Shown here piece by piece: positions 13,540-25,192 of a stretch of DNA of 64,000 bases. The notes beneath the pieces were generated by a model that was given only the letters and a program-made list of their open reading frames with translations, did not search any database and was not told where the DNA came from. Origin of the DNA: Octopus vulgaris (Eukaryota); contig OX597816.1 in the NCBI GenBank assembly GCA_951406725.2, positions 33,418,001-33,482,000 on the forward strand, read 5' to 3'. Numbering within the stretch: position 1 is the stretch's first letter; every line of letters begins with the position of its first letter. The position numbers were made by a program, and so were the translations under genes.

Positions 13540-14260
13540 AATCTGAATGTTTGATACAATCGCTTGCTGAAACAAACCCAGTATACAGGGTCGAGTGAAG
13601 TATAAGAGATGTTACAGTATCACTGGAAGCTTTGGGAGAGGGTAAGTAGTGGAATATCTTCATGTAATACAACACACACATTTAAATGTATAAGGTTTTT
13701 CTAGCGATGTGAGAAGTACTTGTCAGTACAACCTTTTGGATTTTCCCGAGACATGGTTCTCCAGGGATGTTATCTAGATGTTTCTGACACCCCTCGTTTA
13801 TCATACCTGGGGCACCTACAATAACATGAACAGTTCTCGTTTCAAGATGCTGCATCTTTTGCATTTCAATTTCCAGGTCCTTATATTCGCTTAGATTATC
13901 ATATTCCTTGCCAGATGTGTTTTTATCAGTGGGGAAGCTTACATCTATTAGTCTACAAGTATATTCATCCCGGTCTTTAATAATTATACATGGTCGATTT
14001 GCCTTGATGGCTCTGTCAGTGCTGCCTGGAATATCCCAGAGGATAATGACATTTTTATCTTCAACGATTAGATCAGGATAATGTTTAAACCAGTAAACAG
14101 GAGCGCTGATTTTGTAATGTTTACATATTTTCCAATGTAAACACTGTCCTACCCTACCGTGACGAATTTTATATTCCTTTTGGAGTCAGCACAGTACATC
14201 CCGAGACATGATGGCCTATTGTTCCGTCGAATGTGTCGCAGAATCTGCACCTAGGGTCTG
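13540..14260 (-). mobile_element. 5'-truncated R4/Dong-like non-LTR retrotransposon (CCHC knuckle + restriction-like endonuclease C-terminus)
   Basis: Hand translation with one frameshift gives DPRCRFCDTFDGTIGHHVSGC...EYKIRHGRVGQCLHWKIC...ILWD...ANRPCIII...LIDVSFP...KEYDNLSEYKDLEIEMQKM...VIVGAPG...IQKVVLTSTSHIARKTL*. The 3' end runs into (TAA)n. Confidence 0.88.
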
Positions 14261-14525
14261 AATAAAAATGAATTCATCTTGAATAATTGTTTTTAGTAAT
14301 ATATAAACGTTATAACTCGAGATTATTGTAAGTGGAGACTGTAGTTTAATTTCAGGATATTGCCTGGTTAAATCTACAGTTGTTATTTTTCCGAAAGGTA
14401 ATTTAAAGACGTTAATCGTGTCCTCTGCTTCTGCTTCGACCTATTTGCGTTTCTTCAGTCAAATATATCTGTGGAAAGGTAGAGGGACTTCTATATAGAA
14501 ATCAGCAAATAAGTATATTATTAAA

Positions 14526-14579
<54 letters not shown>

Positions 14580-14805
14580 TTGAAGCGGCAAAGTGGAAGA
14601 ATAGAAAGCATCTTAGAAAAATGCTTTGCGGTATTTCGTTCATTTCTACTTTCTGAGTTCAAGTTACGCCTCGGTCGACTTTGCTTTTCGTCCTTTCGGG
14701 GTAATCGATTAAATAAGCCCCAGTTAAGCACTGCGTACGATTTAATCGACTAGTTCCCACTCGCAAAATTTCAGACCATCCATGCACCTATAGTAGAAAG
14801 GATTC
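14580..14805 (+). mobile_element. SINE family B copy (diverged), (CTT)n tail
   Basis: CTGAGTTCAAGTTACGCCTCGGTCGACTTTGCTTTTCGTCCTTTCGGGG. Confidence 0.75.
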
Positions 14806-15990
14806 TTCTTCTTCTTCTTCTTCTTCTTCTTCTTCTTCTTCTTCTAAAATCTCTTCAACAATGTTCAAAAAGTCAATCATGACAGATCTGCTACCACATG
14901 CCTGTTCTTGAACTCAGTACCACCACCACCAGTACTAACACCACCACCAGAACCGGCAACAAAAACACTTTTGGAAGTAGGAATTTGATAAAATTCTGCC
15001 TGAATGATTCCCCACCAAGCGGTATAATATTCAAAATGCTTCGGAAATAAGCTGCAGTAGATGAGATAAGATTGAGGAAACTCATTTATTGGGTCAAGTA
15101 TACCTGCTTCTATATTTACGGCGAAGGACTACGACGACAGTGGATTGAAATAAAAATATGCACATATATATATGAATGAAAAGCAGCCTTAAGGATATAA
15201 GCAATGTCGAACACTCATACACAAGGTATGTGTCTTGCTAGATCGTGGGCAAGCTGTAATGTATAGGCGTTAGAATATATCTTCTCGTAAATTCGCCTCG
15301 TGTCAAAACAACAGGATGTGAAATAAATTACGTTACACAAGCGAGATTACTCACGTCAGCTCATGTTACGGAAGAGGTAGATGATAGTTCATCATCTTTG
15401 TGAATGGTCATTAACACGTTCACAAAACCGAGGTCATAAGTAAGTTACATCGTTCTCCATGACTATATGCAAAGATTTCAAAACCATATGATAGTATATC
15501 CCAACGTTTCTTGCCAAGGAAATTATATATATAAATATATATATATATCTGTATTTTTGTTATTTTTTATTTGCCCTGTCCGTGTGAGCTAACAATCGTA
15601 CTGACTTTCATGGTAAGCATGTATTTTCGTGGTTGAAACCTTTTGGATTAACTGGTGCTAGAGTGAGCAATATAGTGACCACTCTCTTATATTTATTTTG
15701 TAAAAATATTATAATATGTTATAAAATATTATAATAATCCAGGTTTCTCGAAGCACTAGGCCACTTGGTGTTGAATAAATATACTATTAAATTAGTATCT
15801 AATTCTCTCACCCTTATTAATTAATTATAATTATGCTGCATTTATTTCTAAATGCTGTATTTGTTTTCCGTGAAAGTTTGGCGCGCTGTTGGTTGGGGCA
15901 TTTGAATTATAACGTCGGATGTAATCAATTGAACCACACGCGTATTTATCGTTATGGTAAAATCTGGCGTGTGATTGAGTGGATTTCATC

Positions 15991-16087
15991 CAGATAGTCT
16001 TGGCTGACGAGCTACAAATGAATTTTTTTTGTAAGTAAAATTACATTTAATTCATTAATAGCGAAACAATTGTCCCAAAATAATCTG
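15991..16087 (+). ncRNA. Type I hammerhead ribozyme, copy 1
   Basis: CAGATAGTCTTGG-CTGACGA-GCTA...TAGC-GAAA-CAATTG-TC-CCAAAATAATCTG. Core CUGACGA at 16004-16010, GAAA at 16063-16066, predicted cleavage after GUC at 16074. Stem I is TTGG/CCAA extended by CAGAT/ATCTG. Confidence 0.88.
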
Positions 16088-16526
16088 TATTTTTGTTATT
16101 TTTTATTTGTCCTGTCCGTGTGAGCTAACAATCGTACTGACTTTCATGGTAAGCATGTATTTTCGTGGTTGAAACCTTTTGGATTAACTGGTGCTAGAGT
16201 GAGCAATATAGTGACCACTCTCTTATATTTATTTTGTAAAAATATTATAATATGTTATAAAATATTATAATAATCCAGGTTTCTCGAAGCACTAGGCCAC
16301 TTGGTGTTGAATAAATATACTATTAAATTAGTATCTAATTCTCTCACCCTTATTAATTAATTATAATTATGCTGCATTTATTTCTAAATGCTGTATTTGT
16401 TTTCCGTGAAAGTTTGGCGCGCTGTTGGTTGGGGCATTTGAATTATAACGTCGGATGTAATCAATTGAACCACACGCGTATTTATCGTTATGGTAAAATC
16501 TGGCGTGTGATTGAGTGGATTTCATC

Positions 16527-16624
16527 CAGATAGTCTTGGCTGACGAGCTACAAATGGATTTTTTTTTGTAAGTGAATTTACATTTAATTCATTAATAGCG
16601 AAACAATTGTCCCAAAATAATCTG
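16527..16624 (+). ncRNA. Type I hammerhead ribozyme, copy 2
   Basis: Same core and stems as copy 1; GUC cleavage triplet at 16609-16611. Confidence 0.88.
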
Positions 16625-17063
16625 TATTTTTGTTATTTTTTATTTGCCCTGTCCGTGTGAGCTAACAATCGTACTGACTTTCATGGTAAGCATGTATTTT
16701 CGTGGTTGAAACCTTTTGGATTAACTGGTGCTAGAGTGAGCAATATAGTGACCACTCTCTTATATTTATTTTGTAAAAATATTATAATATGTTATAAAAT
16801 ATTATAATAATCCAGGTTTCTCGAAGCACTAGGCCACTTGGTGTTGAATAAATATACTATTAAATTAGTATCTAATTCTCTCACCCTTATTAATTAATTA
16901 TAATTATGCTGCATTTATTTCTAAATGATGTATTTGTTTTCCGTGAAAGTTTGGCGCGCTGTTGGTTGGGGCATTTGAATTATAACGTCGGATGTAATCA
17001 ATTGAACCACACGCGTATTTATCGTTATGGTAAAATCTGGCGTGTGATTGAGTGGATTTCATC

Positions 17064-17160
17064 CAGATAGTCTTGGCTGACGAGCTACAAATGGATTTTT
17101 TTTGTAAGTAAACTTACATTTATTTCATTAATAGCGAAACAATTGTCCCAAAATAATCTG
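17064..17160 (+). ncRNA. Type I hammerhead ribozyme, copy 3
   Basis: Same core and stems; GUC at 17145-17147. Confidence 0.88.
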
Positions 17161-17599
17161 TATTTTTGTTATTTTTTATTTGCCCTGTCCGTGTGAGCTA
17201 ACAATCGTACTGACTTTCATGGTAAGCATGTATTTTCGTGGTTGAAACCTTTTGGATTAACTGGTGCTAGAGTGAGCAATATAGTGACCACTCTCTTATA
17301 TTTATTTTGTAAAAATATTATAATATGTTATAAAATATTATAATAATCCAGGTTTCTCGAAGCACTAGGCCACTTGGTGTTGAATAAATATACTATTAAA
17401 TTAGTATCTAATTCTCTCACCCTTATTAATTAATTATAATTATGCTGCATTTATTTCTAAATGCTGTACTTGTTTTCCGTGAAAGTTTGGCGCGCTGTTG
17501 GTTGGGGCATTTGAATTATAACGTCGGATGTAATCAATTGAACCACACGCGTATTTATCGTTATGGTAAAATCTGGCGTGTAATTGAGTGGATTTCATC

Positions 17600-17697
17600 C
17601 AGATAGTCTTGGCTGACGAGCTACAAATGGATTTTTTTTTGTAAGTAAAATTACATTTAATTCATTAATAGCGAAACAATTGTCCCAAAATAATCTG
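17600..17697 (+). ncRNA. Type I hammerhead ribozyme, copy 4
   Basis: Same core and stems; GUC at 17682-17684. Confidence 0.88.
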
Positions 17698-18133
17698 TAT
17701 TTTTGTTATTTTTTATTTGCCCTGTCCGTGTGAGCTAACAATCGTACTGACTTTCATGGTAAGCATGTATTTTCGTGGTTGAAACCTTTTGGATTAACTG
17801 GTGCTAGAGTGAGCAATATAGTGACCACTCTCTTATATTTATTTTGTAAAAATATTATATGTTATAAAATATTATAATAATCCAGGTTTCTCGAAGCACT
17901 AGGCCACTTGGTGTTGAATAAATATACTATTAAATTAGTATCTAATTCTCTCACCCTTATTAATTAATTATAATTATGCTGCATTTATTTCTAAATGCTG
18001 TATTTGTTTTCCGTGAAAGTTTGGCGCGCTGTTGGTTGGGGCATTTGAATTATAACGTCGGATGTAATCAATTGAACCACACGCGTATTTATCGTTATGG
18101 TAAAATCTGGCGTGTGATTGAGTGGATTTCATC

Positions 18134-18230
18134 CAGATAGTCTTGGCTGACGAGCTACAAATGGATTTTTTTTGTAAGTAAAATTACATTTAATTCATTA
18201 ATAGCGAAACAATTGTCCCAAAATAATCTG
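18134..18230 (+). ncRNA. Type I hammerhead ribozyme, copy 5
   Basis: Same core and stems; GUC at 18215-18217. Confidence 0.88.
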
Positions 18231-18669
18231 TATTTTTGTTATTTTTTATTTGCCCTGTCCGTGTGAGCTAACAATCGTACTGACTTTCATGGTAAGCATG
18301 TATTTTCGTGGTTGAAACCTTTTGGATTAACTGGTGCTAGAGTGAGCAATATAGTGACCACTCTCTTATATTTATTTTGTAAAAATATTATAATATGTTA
18401 TAAAATATTATAATAATCCAGGTTTCTCGAAGCACTAGCCCACTTGGTGTTGAATAAATATACTATTAAATTAGTATCTAATTCTCTCACCCTTATTAAT
18501 TAATTATAATTATGCTGCATTTATTTCTAAATGCTGTATTTGTTTTCCGTGAAAGTTTGGCGCGCTGTTGGTTGGGGCATTTGAATTATAACGTCGGATG
18601 TAATCAATTGAACCACACGCGTATTTATCGTTATGGTAAAATCTGGCGTGTGATTGAGTGGATTTCATC

Positions 18670-18766
18670 CAGATAGTCTTGGCTGACGAGCTACAAATGG
18701 ATTTTTTTTGTAAGTAAACTTACATTTAATTCATTAATAGCGAAACAATTGTCCCAAAATAATCTG
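18670..18766 (+). ncRNA. Type I hammerhead ribozyme, copy 6
   Basis: Same core and stems; GUC at 18751-18753. Confidence 0.88.
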
Positions 18767-19034
18767 TATTTTTGTTATTTTTTATTTGCCCTGTCCGTGT
18801 GAGCTAACAATCGTACTGACTTTCATGGTAAGCATGTATTTTCGTGGTTGAAACCTTTTGGATTAACTGGTGCTAGAGTGAGCAATATAGTGACCACTCT
18901 CTTATATTTATTTTGTAAAAATATTATAATATGTTATAAAATATTATAATAATCCAGGTTTCTCGAAGCACTAGGCCACTTGGTGTTGAATAAATATACT
19001 ATTAAATTAGTATCTAATTCTCTCACCCTTATTA

Positions 19035-19084
<50 letters not shown>

Positions 19085-20176
19085 AATATCCATCCACTCA
19101 AAGAGAAATTCTTCTAGTCGTCTTCATCAGGCAACACAATACAATACATTTCTGTTGAAACTAAAGTCGGTGTCATACCTCTGCACCAAGATGAGTAGTC
19201 ATACACTATATATATTACGTTACATTACTAACCATTCCCTACATATCATTACGTAGATGCGTCAGGACCTCTGTATTTAAGTAGACCCGTGAAACTAACG
19301 GTTTTTGTGTGTTCTTCAATGGCTTACAAATATCTACGCTGCAATTGTTTTTGCTTCAACACATGATCTGACATCAAGTCACTTGCTAAGCAATTACGTC
19401 TCCAGATTTTTTTAAATCACTGTCGATAAATTTTAGCAATGAGCTAAGGCTCCACAATATTTTAATTTCTAAAGAAATACAAGTGGGGGCAGGGAGTTGG
19501 GTTACAAAAGAAAATTCATAATGTGTGTGTCTGTGTATGTGTGTCGCTGTTTAAGTCGCTCGTGCAAATTTTTGTGGTTATATTGGCTTAGTCGTATACA
19601 ATGTATGGAAACTGAATAAATGTAAGTTTCGAGGACTTATTGGTAACAATTTTCTTTTCTCTCCACGCATTCTCATTTTAATTAAACAACTTTCTTGGTT
19701 CTTCTCACAGGTATCCCGTGTTTAAAAGTGTACGGGTATTTTGAAAACATATTAATTCCATAATGTTTTTACATTGCGTATACATTAACAGAATAAACTA
19801 TCGGTTTTCCAAATAGAGAATGAAAAGTTACACTTGATAGTGAGATAATTTGCAAATGAAATTGGAATACTCAGCAGTGAATGCAATAAATATTTAAATC
19901 TGTGCAGAATTGGACCCAGTGAATGCAATGAATATTTGAATTTGTGAGAAATTGGAGCTGCAAAAATTCAATAAACATGTTAAATAGAAAGTATAGGAAA
20001 TTTCTTAGAACATGAAATCATCGTATAAAAGCGAGTTAATACGATTTTGTCCAAGTATCACTTTTTCAAAATTTTAATTTCCCTCTATCCCCAACGCAAT
20101 GTCTTACTTTGTAACATTTTGCAATGTTTTTTCTTTTTGCTATCTACGTAGAAAATACAGAGGTTACGAATCTGGG

Positions 20177-20249
<73 letters not shown>

Positions 20250-23164
20250 AGTTTATTTTTTCTTCAAGAAACACTCAATGCCCTCTTACCCTAACTCGTG
20301 CCACCCATTACCTACCAGCTTTCAAAAAGATAAAATCTCCCAATTTTTAATTGTTGTCCGATGTTTTCCGCATACCTATAATTCTACTGCAACAGTAGAC
20401 GTAAAAAATACCTGACCACCACCAGAAAGCCCGACATGCTAGAAACAACAGGTAAACGACATTATTTCTGAAAAAAAAACTTGCCTGCTTTCTAAAAAGC
20501 TAAAAGGGAAACATTGGGAGTGTGTAGCTTTTTGAAAGGGGTGAGGTGATGGGTAAAATTTTTAAAGAATGGTACTCTCTGTTTTTTTCTCCGTAGATTA
20601 GCAAGAATATGCAATTGAAAAAAGTGAAAAAAATTAAATTTGGTGCAGAGGGAGAAAATCAAAATTTTGATAATGTGTTTTGTGGGTGAAATCCCAATCT
20701 TCTGCATCGCAAACATAGGAATGGGAAGAAATTTAGTGATGAAAATAGGGAGGGGGAGGAAATGTAACCTCGGATATGCTAGAAAGAAAAGGTAAGGGAG
20801 AGGATTTCTGTGAAAACTTCCTTTTAAGATTATACCGAAGATCAGATTGTTAAATACGCTCGTTACAAACACTAATTACACAATAGATAAAGATCATTTT
20901 AATTGGATATGATCTGTAAATTTGCACGTGCACACTGCAAGAATTATCATAACTCGCACAGAAGCTTTACCTAGAGTGTGTGTATGCATGTGTGAAAGGA
21001 AGTTATTTTATGTCTTTCTTTCATTTCAAGAAGCAAAGTTGTCAACTCGACATGTATGGGATCATATAGTTGGTTGTCAATTTCCGTAAAATTCTTTTAA
21101 TTTCTGTATGCATTGAAGAGAGCAAAAATTGAAAGAGGGGATTGAGTGAAATGGCAACATTTTCTTTGAAGTGAGAGGAGAAAGATCAAGATGTACATGT
21201 ATATGAAATGGACGTGTGTGTATGTGAGAGAGAGAATGAGTGAGTGAAGGTGTGTGTTGTGATGTATTAAATTTTTTGTATGTACGTGCAAAACTAGAGG
21301 GGGCCTCCTCTAGCTTTTATGAATATAGCTTATACTGTTTGACGTCTAGGCTATGTGCTATTTTGGATAACTTCGTAGCGACCTATTCCATGTGAGGGAA
21401 AATGGATAGACGGAAACCGAACAGAAAATCATCGGATGGGTTTGTCATACTGCGTACTGCTTGTTCCGCCCCGAAACTACCTTAAGGGTACGTGTCAATG
21501 GCATACTCAATCTCATACATACTATTTCAATGTAATCAGTTGTCAGCTTAGTTGATTGAACAACCAAACCTAATGGTCGGTAATAGTGACCGACACAGAT
21601 CTTCTATACGTGTGTGTGTGTGTGCGTGTGGATGTATACATACGCGTACATATATACAAATGCGCGTGCAAACACAAACGTATGAAATAAATAGTGAAGA
21701 AACGTGGGGTTCTAAAGAGGAAAGAAGGGAAGTTGAAAGAAAGTTTACAGATTTGAAGTATAACTAATGGTAGCACAGTTTACTAATGAAGGCGAATTTA
21801 CATGAAAAGAAATAATTGGATATTTGTGCGCAAGTAGGTCAGATCTCACCATTTCCTCAATCACAGCCATTCATACGTATATGTTTGTAAAAAGACAGAA
21901 ATCATAGGTGAGAAAAATTTAAACTTTAGGTGACCTTATACAAAAGACAGCAAATTGTCTGATTCGTTAGATCATTCGATATAATGCACTGTAGTTTTTG
22001 TACCAACTGCTGGCACTCTAAGTTCAAACCAAATCAAGGTCAAAATTTTACGATTCTCATCAATTCAGTACATGCTCGCTAAATACAGAAACAGGCTAGT
22101 CGATTTCTTCTTCTTCCTCTTTTTCTTCTTCTTCTTGTTCTACCTCTTTTTTTTCTTCCTCTTCTCCTCCTCCTCCTTCTTCTTCTTCTTCTTCTTCTTC
22201 TTCTTCTTCTTCTTCTCCTCCTCCTCCTCCTTTACTTCTGCCTTTGTGTTTGGCTTTATTTCCTCTCACCCGCTCCAAAGCAGCTGCACCAACCAAATCG
22301 TTTCGTAGCAATGGCTTACCATTAATATTGATGCGATACACAGCTGGAATTTACTACTACCCAATAAATTACACGGGCCCTATTAGACAGAAATAGTTTA
22401 GCCTCTAAAGGAGACACTGATTACGTTATATTCGTTGGATAGATAAATCATTACAAAGTATCTTATGTGTTTGTAGACAACACACCGTGTTGTTATCTGT
22501 GACATCATGTGACCTGCTTATCTAGTGAAATTGTAATATGTTATCGAACACATTGGCTTTCAAATCATGAAGCAAGCTTCACTGATCAAGTGTCTTCAAT
22601 CACGTATCAACGAAGATGTAACATTTTTTATCCTAAGTAGAATTTTGTAGAACAAAATTAATCACTTGGAGATTCCTCCGTGCTATTGCTTCTTTTCTTC
22701 CTACAAGTAAATACCAACGTTATATAGGCTAATCGATTAACTTGATAGAAATGAAAGCCAAGCAATTTTCAAATTATAACATGCTGTCTCAAAAATCAAG
22801 TTTACATTAGGTTGTCTTACAAAAATTATGCTTGAAAGATGAGATGCTGATAGCTGGCTGTCATTGACACTCAATCTCTTGGATTGCAGTTAATGAAGAG
22901 TTAAATAATAGAAACAACGTCACGATAAAATGAATAATATTTTTTTTCTTTTCACTGAATAATTACAGCCTAAACATAACTATGCATATAGATATTGATA
23001 GTTGCATGCACACACAAAAACTGAAACACACACACACACGTATATATTTCAACACACGCACACGAACATTAAGTAAGTGCAAGTTATGTACTAGGGCTGC
23101 TGTAATCTACTAACCTTCTCCCCCAAACTGCAGACCTACAGTACTGGGAATTTTTAAAAATTTA

Positions 23165-23472
23165 TTTATGCACCCTTTCCAAGCCTAGCCAGGCTCATGG
23201 GCCTTGTTTCCCTGTTTCTGTGGCTTATGTGTTCCTCCCAGCTTGATAGGACACCAAACCATCGCAGCGTTACTCAAGAAACAGGAACAAAGAGAGAGAA
23301 AGTTGGGGCGAAAGAGTACAACAGGTGTTGCCACCACTCCCTGCTGGAACCTCGTGAAGCTCTTAGGTGTTTTTGCTCAATAAACACACACAACCTTTGG
23401 TCTGGGAATCGAAACCGCGATCCCCCGACAGCCAGTCCGCTGCCTTAACCACTGAGCCATTGCGCCTCCACA
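23165..23472 (-). mobile_element. tRNA-derived SINE with V-domain-like 3' part
   Basis: Minus strand has A box TGGCTCAGTGG and B box GGTTTCGATTCC, then GTGTTTATTGAGC.. and GCTGCGATGG..GAAAC..CCCATGAGCC. Confidence 0.8.
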
Positions 23473-24015
23473 TGAAGGAATATATAGGTTTCTAATTTTG
23501 ATGGAACACCTGAAATTCGGGGAAGGGTTTAAGTCGATTACATCGGTAGCAGTGCTCAACTGATACGTATAGGATCGATTCCGAATGGACGGATAGCCAA
23601 AGCGGAATTTGAACTCAGAACGTAAAGACGGACGAAATGCTGCGAAGCATTTTATCCTGTGAGCTAACGAAAACTCTGTCAGCCCGACGCCTTATAGAGT
23701 GTATACATTGGTTTAGATTTTGGTACTAGGCCAGAAATTTTGGCGGAAGCGGTAAGTCGATTATATCGAGCCCAGTGCTCAATTTAAAAGCAGTTCTAAG
23801 GCAATGAGATGGAAGAATCTCTATTATGTCAAACCGAGACATTTTTGTCTTCAGTTCTTTACATTTTGGGTTCAAACTCCGCCACTGTCGAATTTGTCTT
23901 TCATATCTTCGGGCTCGATAAAGAGAAAATACAAGTTGAGCAATAGGGTCACTGTAAATGGCAAACCCCTTCTTCTACAGGTCTTGTGCTTATTGTAGCA
24001 AAAACTACAAACGTA

Positions 24016-24203
24016 GATCTAAAAATTGGTGGAAGTGTGAACGTAGAACACCTACAAAAATCAGCATTGCTTGGAGCCGCAATAAGTTTTCGCAGGGTTC
24101 TTGAAGCATGACCGTTACATAAGTTTCACCTAGGTATGCTGGCTGAAGGCAGCTGACACTCTCCATCATACCCAGCAAAATAAGCTGAGAGTTTTCATCA
24201 ATG
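24016..24203 (+). mobile_element. 3' end of an R4/Dong-like LINE
   Basis: DLKIGGSVNVEHLQKSALLGAAISFRRVLEA* (stop at 24109-24111) matches the 'QKsALLGTa.ilRrVL' terminal motif. A short 3' UTR and (AAT)n tail follow. Confidence 0.75.
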
Positions 24204-24222
24204 AATAATAATAATAATAATA

Positions 24223-24278
<56 letters not shown>

Positions 24279-24328
24279 GATGATGATAATAATGATAATA
24301 ATGATAATAATAATAATAATATAAATAA

Positions 24329-24396
<68 letters not shown>

Positions 24397-24407
24397 TTAA
24401 TAATAAT

Positions 24408-24765
24408 ACGTCTATATATGGCTGACGATTTGTGCATCTCTGATCACGAGCAGAAATAGTGGGGGAGCATCATAGCCTTGTGTTGAGAGGGTTTCTTTGG
24501 GGTTTGAATAATTCACCTCTGGAAACATCAGTGTTTCGTTCAACATCCTTAAACAACCTTTATTCAGGGACCTTTTGAGTGGGATGAGTTACTCATCTGG
24601 GCCCCATCTGCAAGGTCACGTGCTGTTTATCACCATGTCGCGCACATATGGTTGTAATGCATGTGCCTAGTGTACCATTATCAGAAGGGTAGTCATGATG
24701 GGTATACTGGGCTTCGTATATTTTACCCCAGTGTCAATTTGATGGCATGCACTGCTCTCTCACTC

Positions 24766-24770
<5 letters not shown>
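24408..24770 (+). mobile_element. Non-coding retroelement 3' segment with (AAT)n tail, copy 1
   Basis: Ends GCTCTCTCACTC-(AAT)n. Repeated at 24822-25084 and partially on the minus strand at 44521-44616. Confidence 0.75.
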
Positions 24771-24820
<50 letters not shown>

Positions 24821-24821
24821 T

Positions 24822-25084
24822 CTTATTCAACATCCTTAAACAACCCTTATTCAGGGACCGTTTGAGCGGGATGGGCTACTCAACCTGAAGAATATTCTAA
24901 CTGGGCCCCACCTGCAAGGTCATGTGCTGTTTATCTTGATATGAGATCACCATGTCGCGCACATATGGTTGTGATGCATGTGCCTGGTGTACTCTTATCA
25001 GACGGGTAGTCATGATGGGTATATTGGGCTTCGTATATTTTACCCCAGTGTCACTTTGATGGCATGAACTGCTCTCTCACTCAA
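24822..25084 (+). mobile_element. Same retroelement 3' segment, copy 2 (more truncated)
   Basis: TTCAACATCCTTAAACAACC...GCTCTCTCACTC-(AAT)n, a diverged copy of 24539-24770. Confidence 0.75.
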
Positions 25085-25095
25085 TAATAATTATT

Positions 25096-25184
<89 letters not shown>

Positions 25185-25192
25185 TGATGATG

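Larger units (their letters stand above)
15547..19040 (+). repeat. Tandem array of a ~536-bp unit (6 full copies + ~280-bp partial), hammerhead-containing; candidate non-LTR retrozyme / Penelope pLTR multimer
   Basis: The unit start TCTGTATTTTTGTTATTTT recurs at 15548, 16084, 16621, 17157, 17694, 18227 and 18763 (periods 533-537). Units differ by only a few SNPs/indels. (TA)n lies on both sides and there is no ORF. Confidence 0.97.

Noticed and set aside
15547-19040. CRISPR array, rDNA/5S or tRNA/snRNA gene cluster as explanation of the tandem array
   Set aside because: Units are identical along their whole length (no spacers), the context is eukaryotic, and there is no recognisable rRNA/tRNA/snRNA sequence or Pol III box.
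19105-19137. Minus-strand CTGATGAAGAC just after the array as another hammerhead
   Set aside because: There is no matching stem II 3' strand, GAAA or NUH at a suitable distance.
19875-19975. ~42-bp imperfect tandem repeat (about 2.5 copies); also a 25-bp duplication at 46224-46270
   Set aside because: These are ordinary slippage duplications with no further structure.
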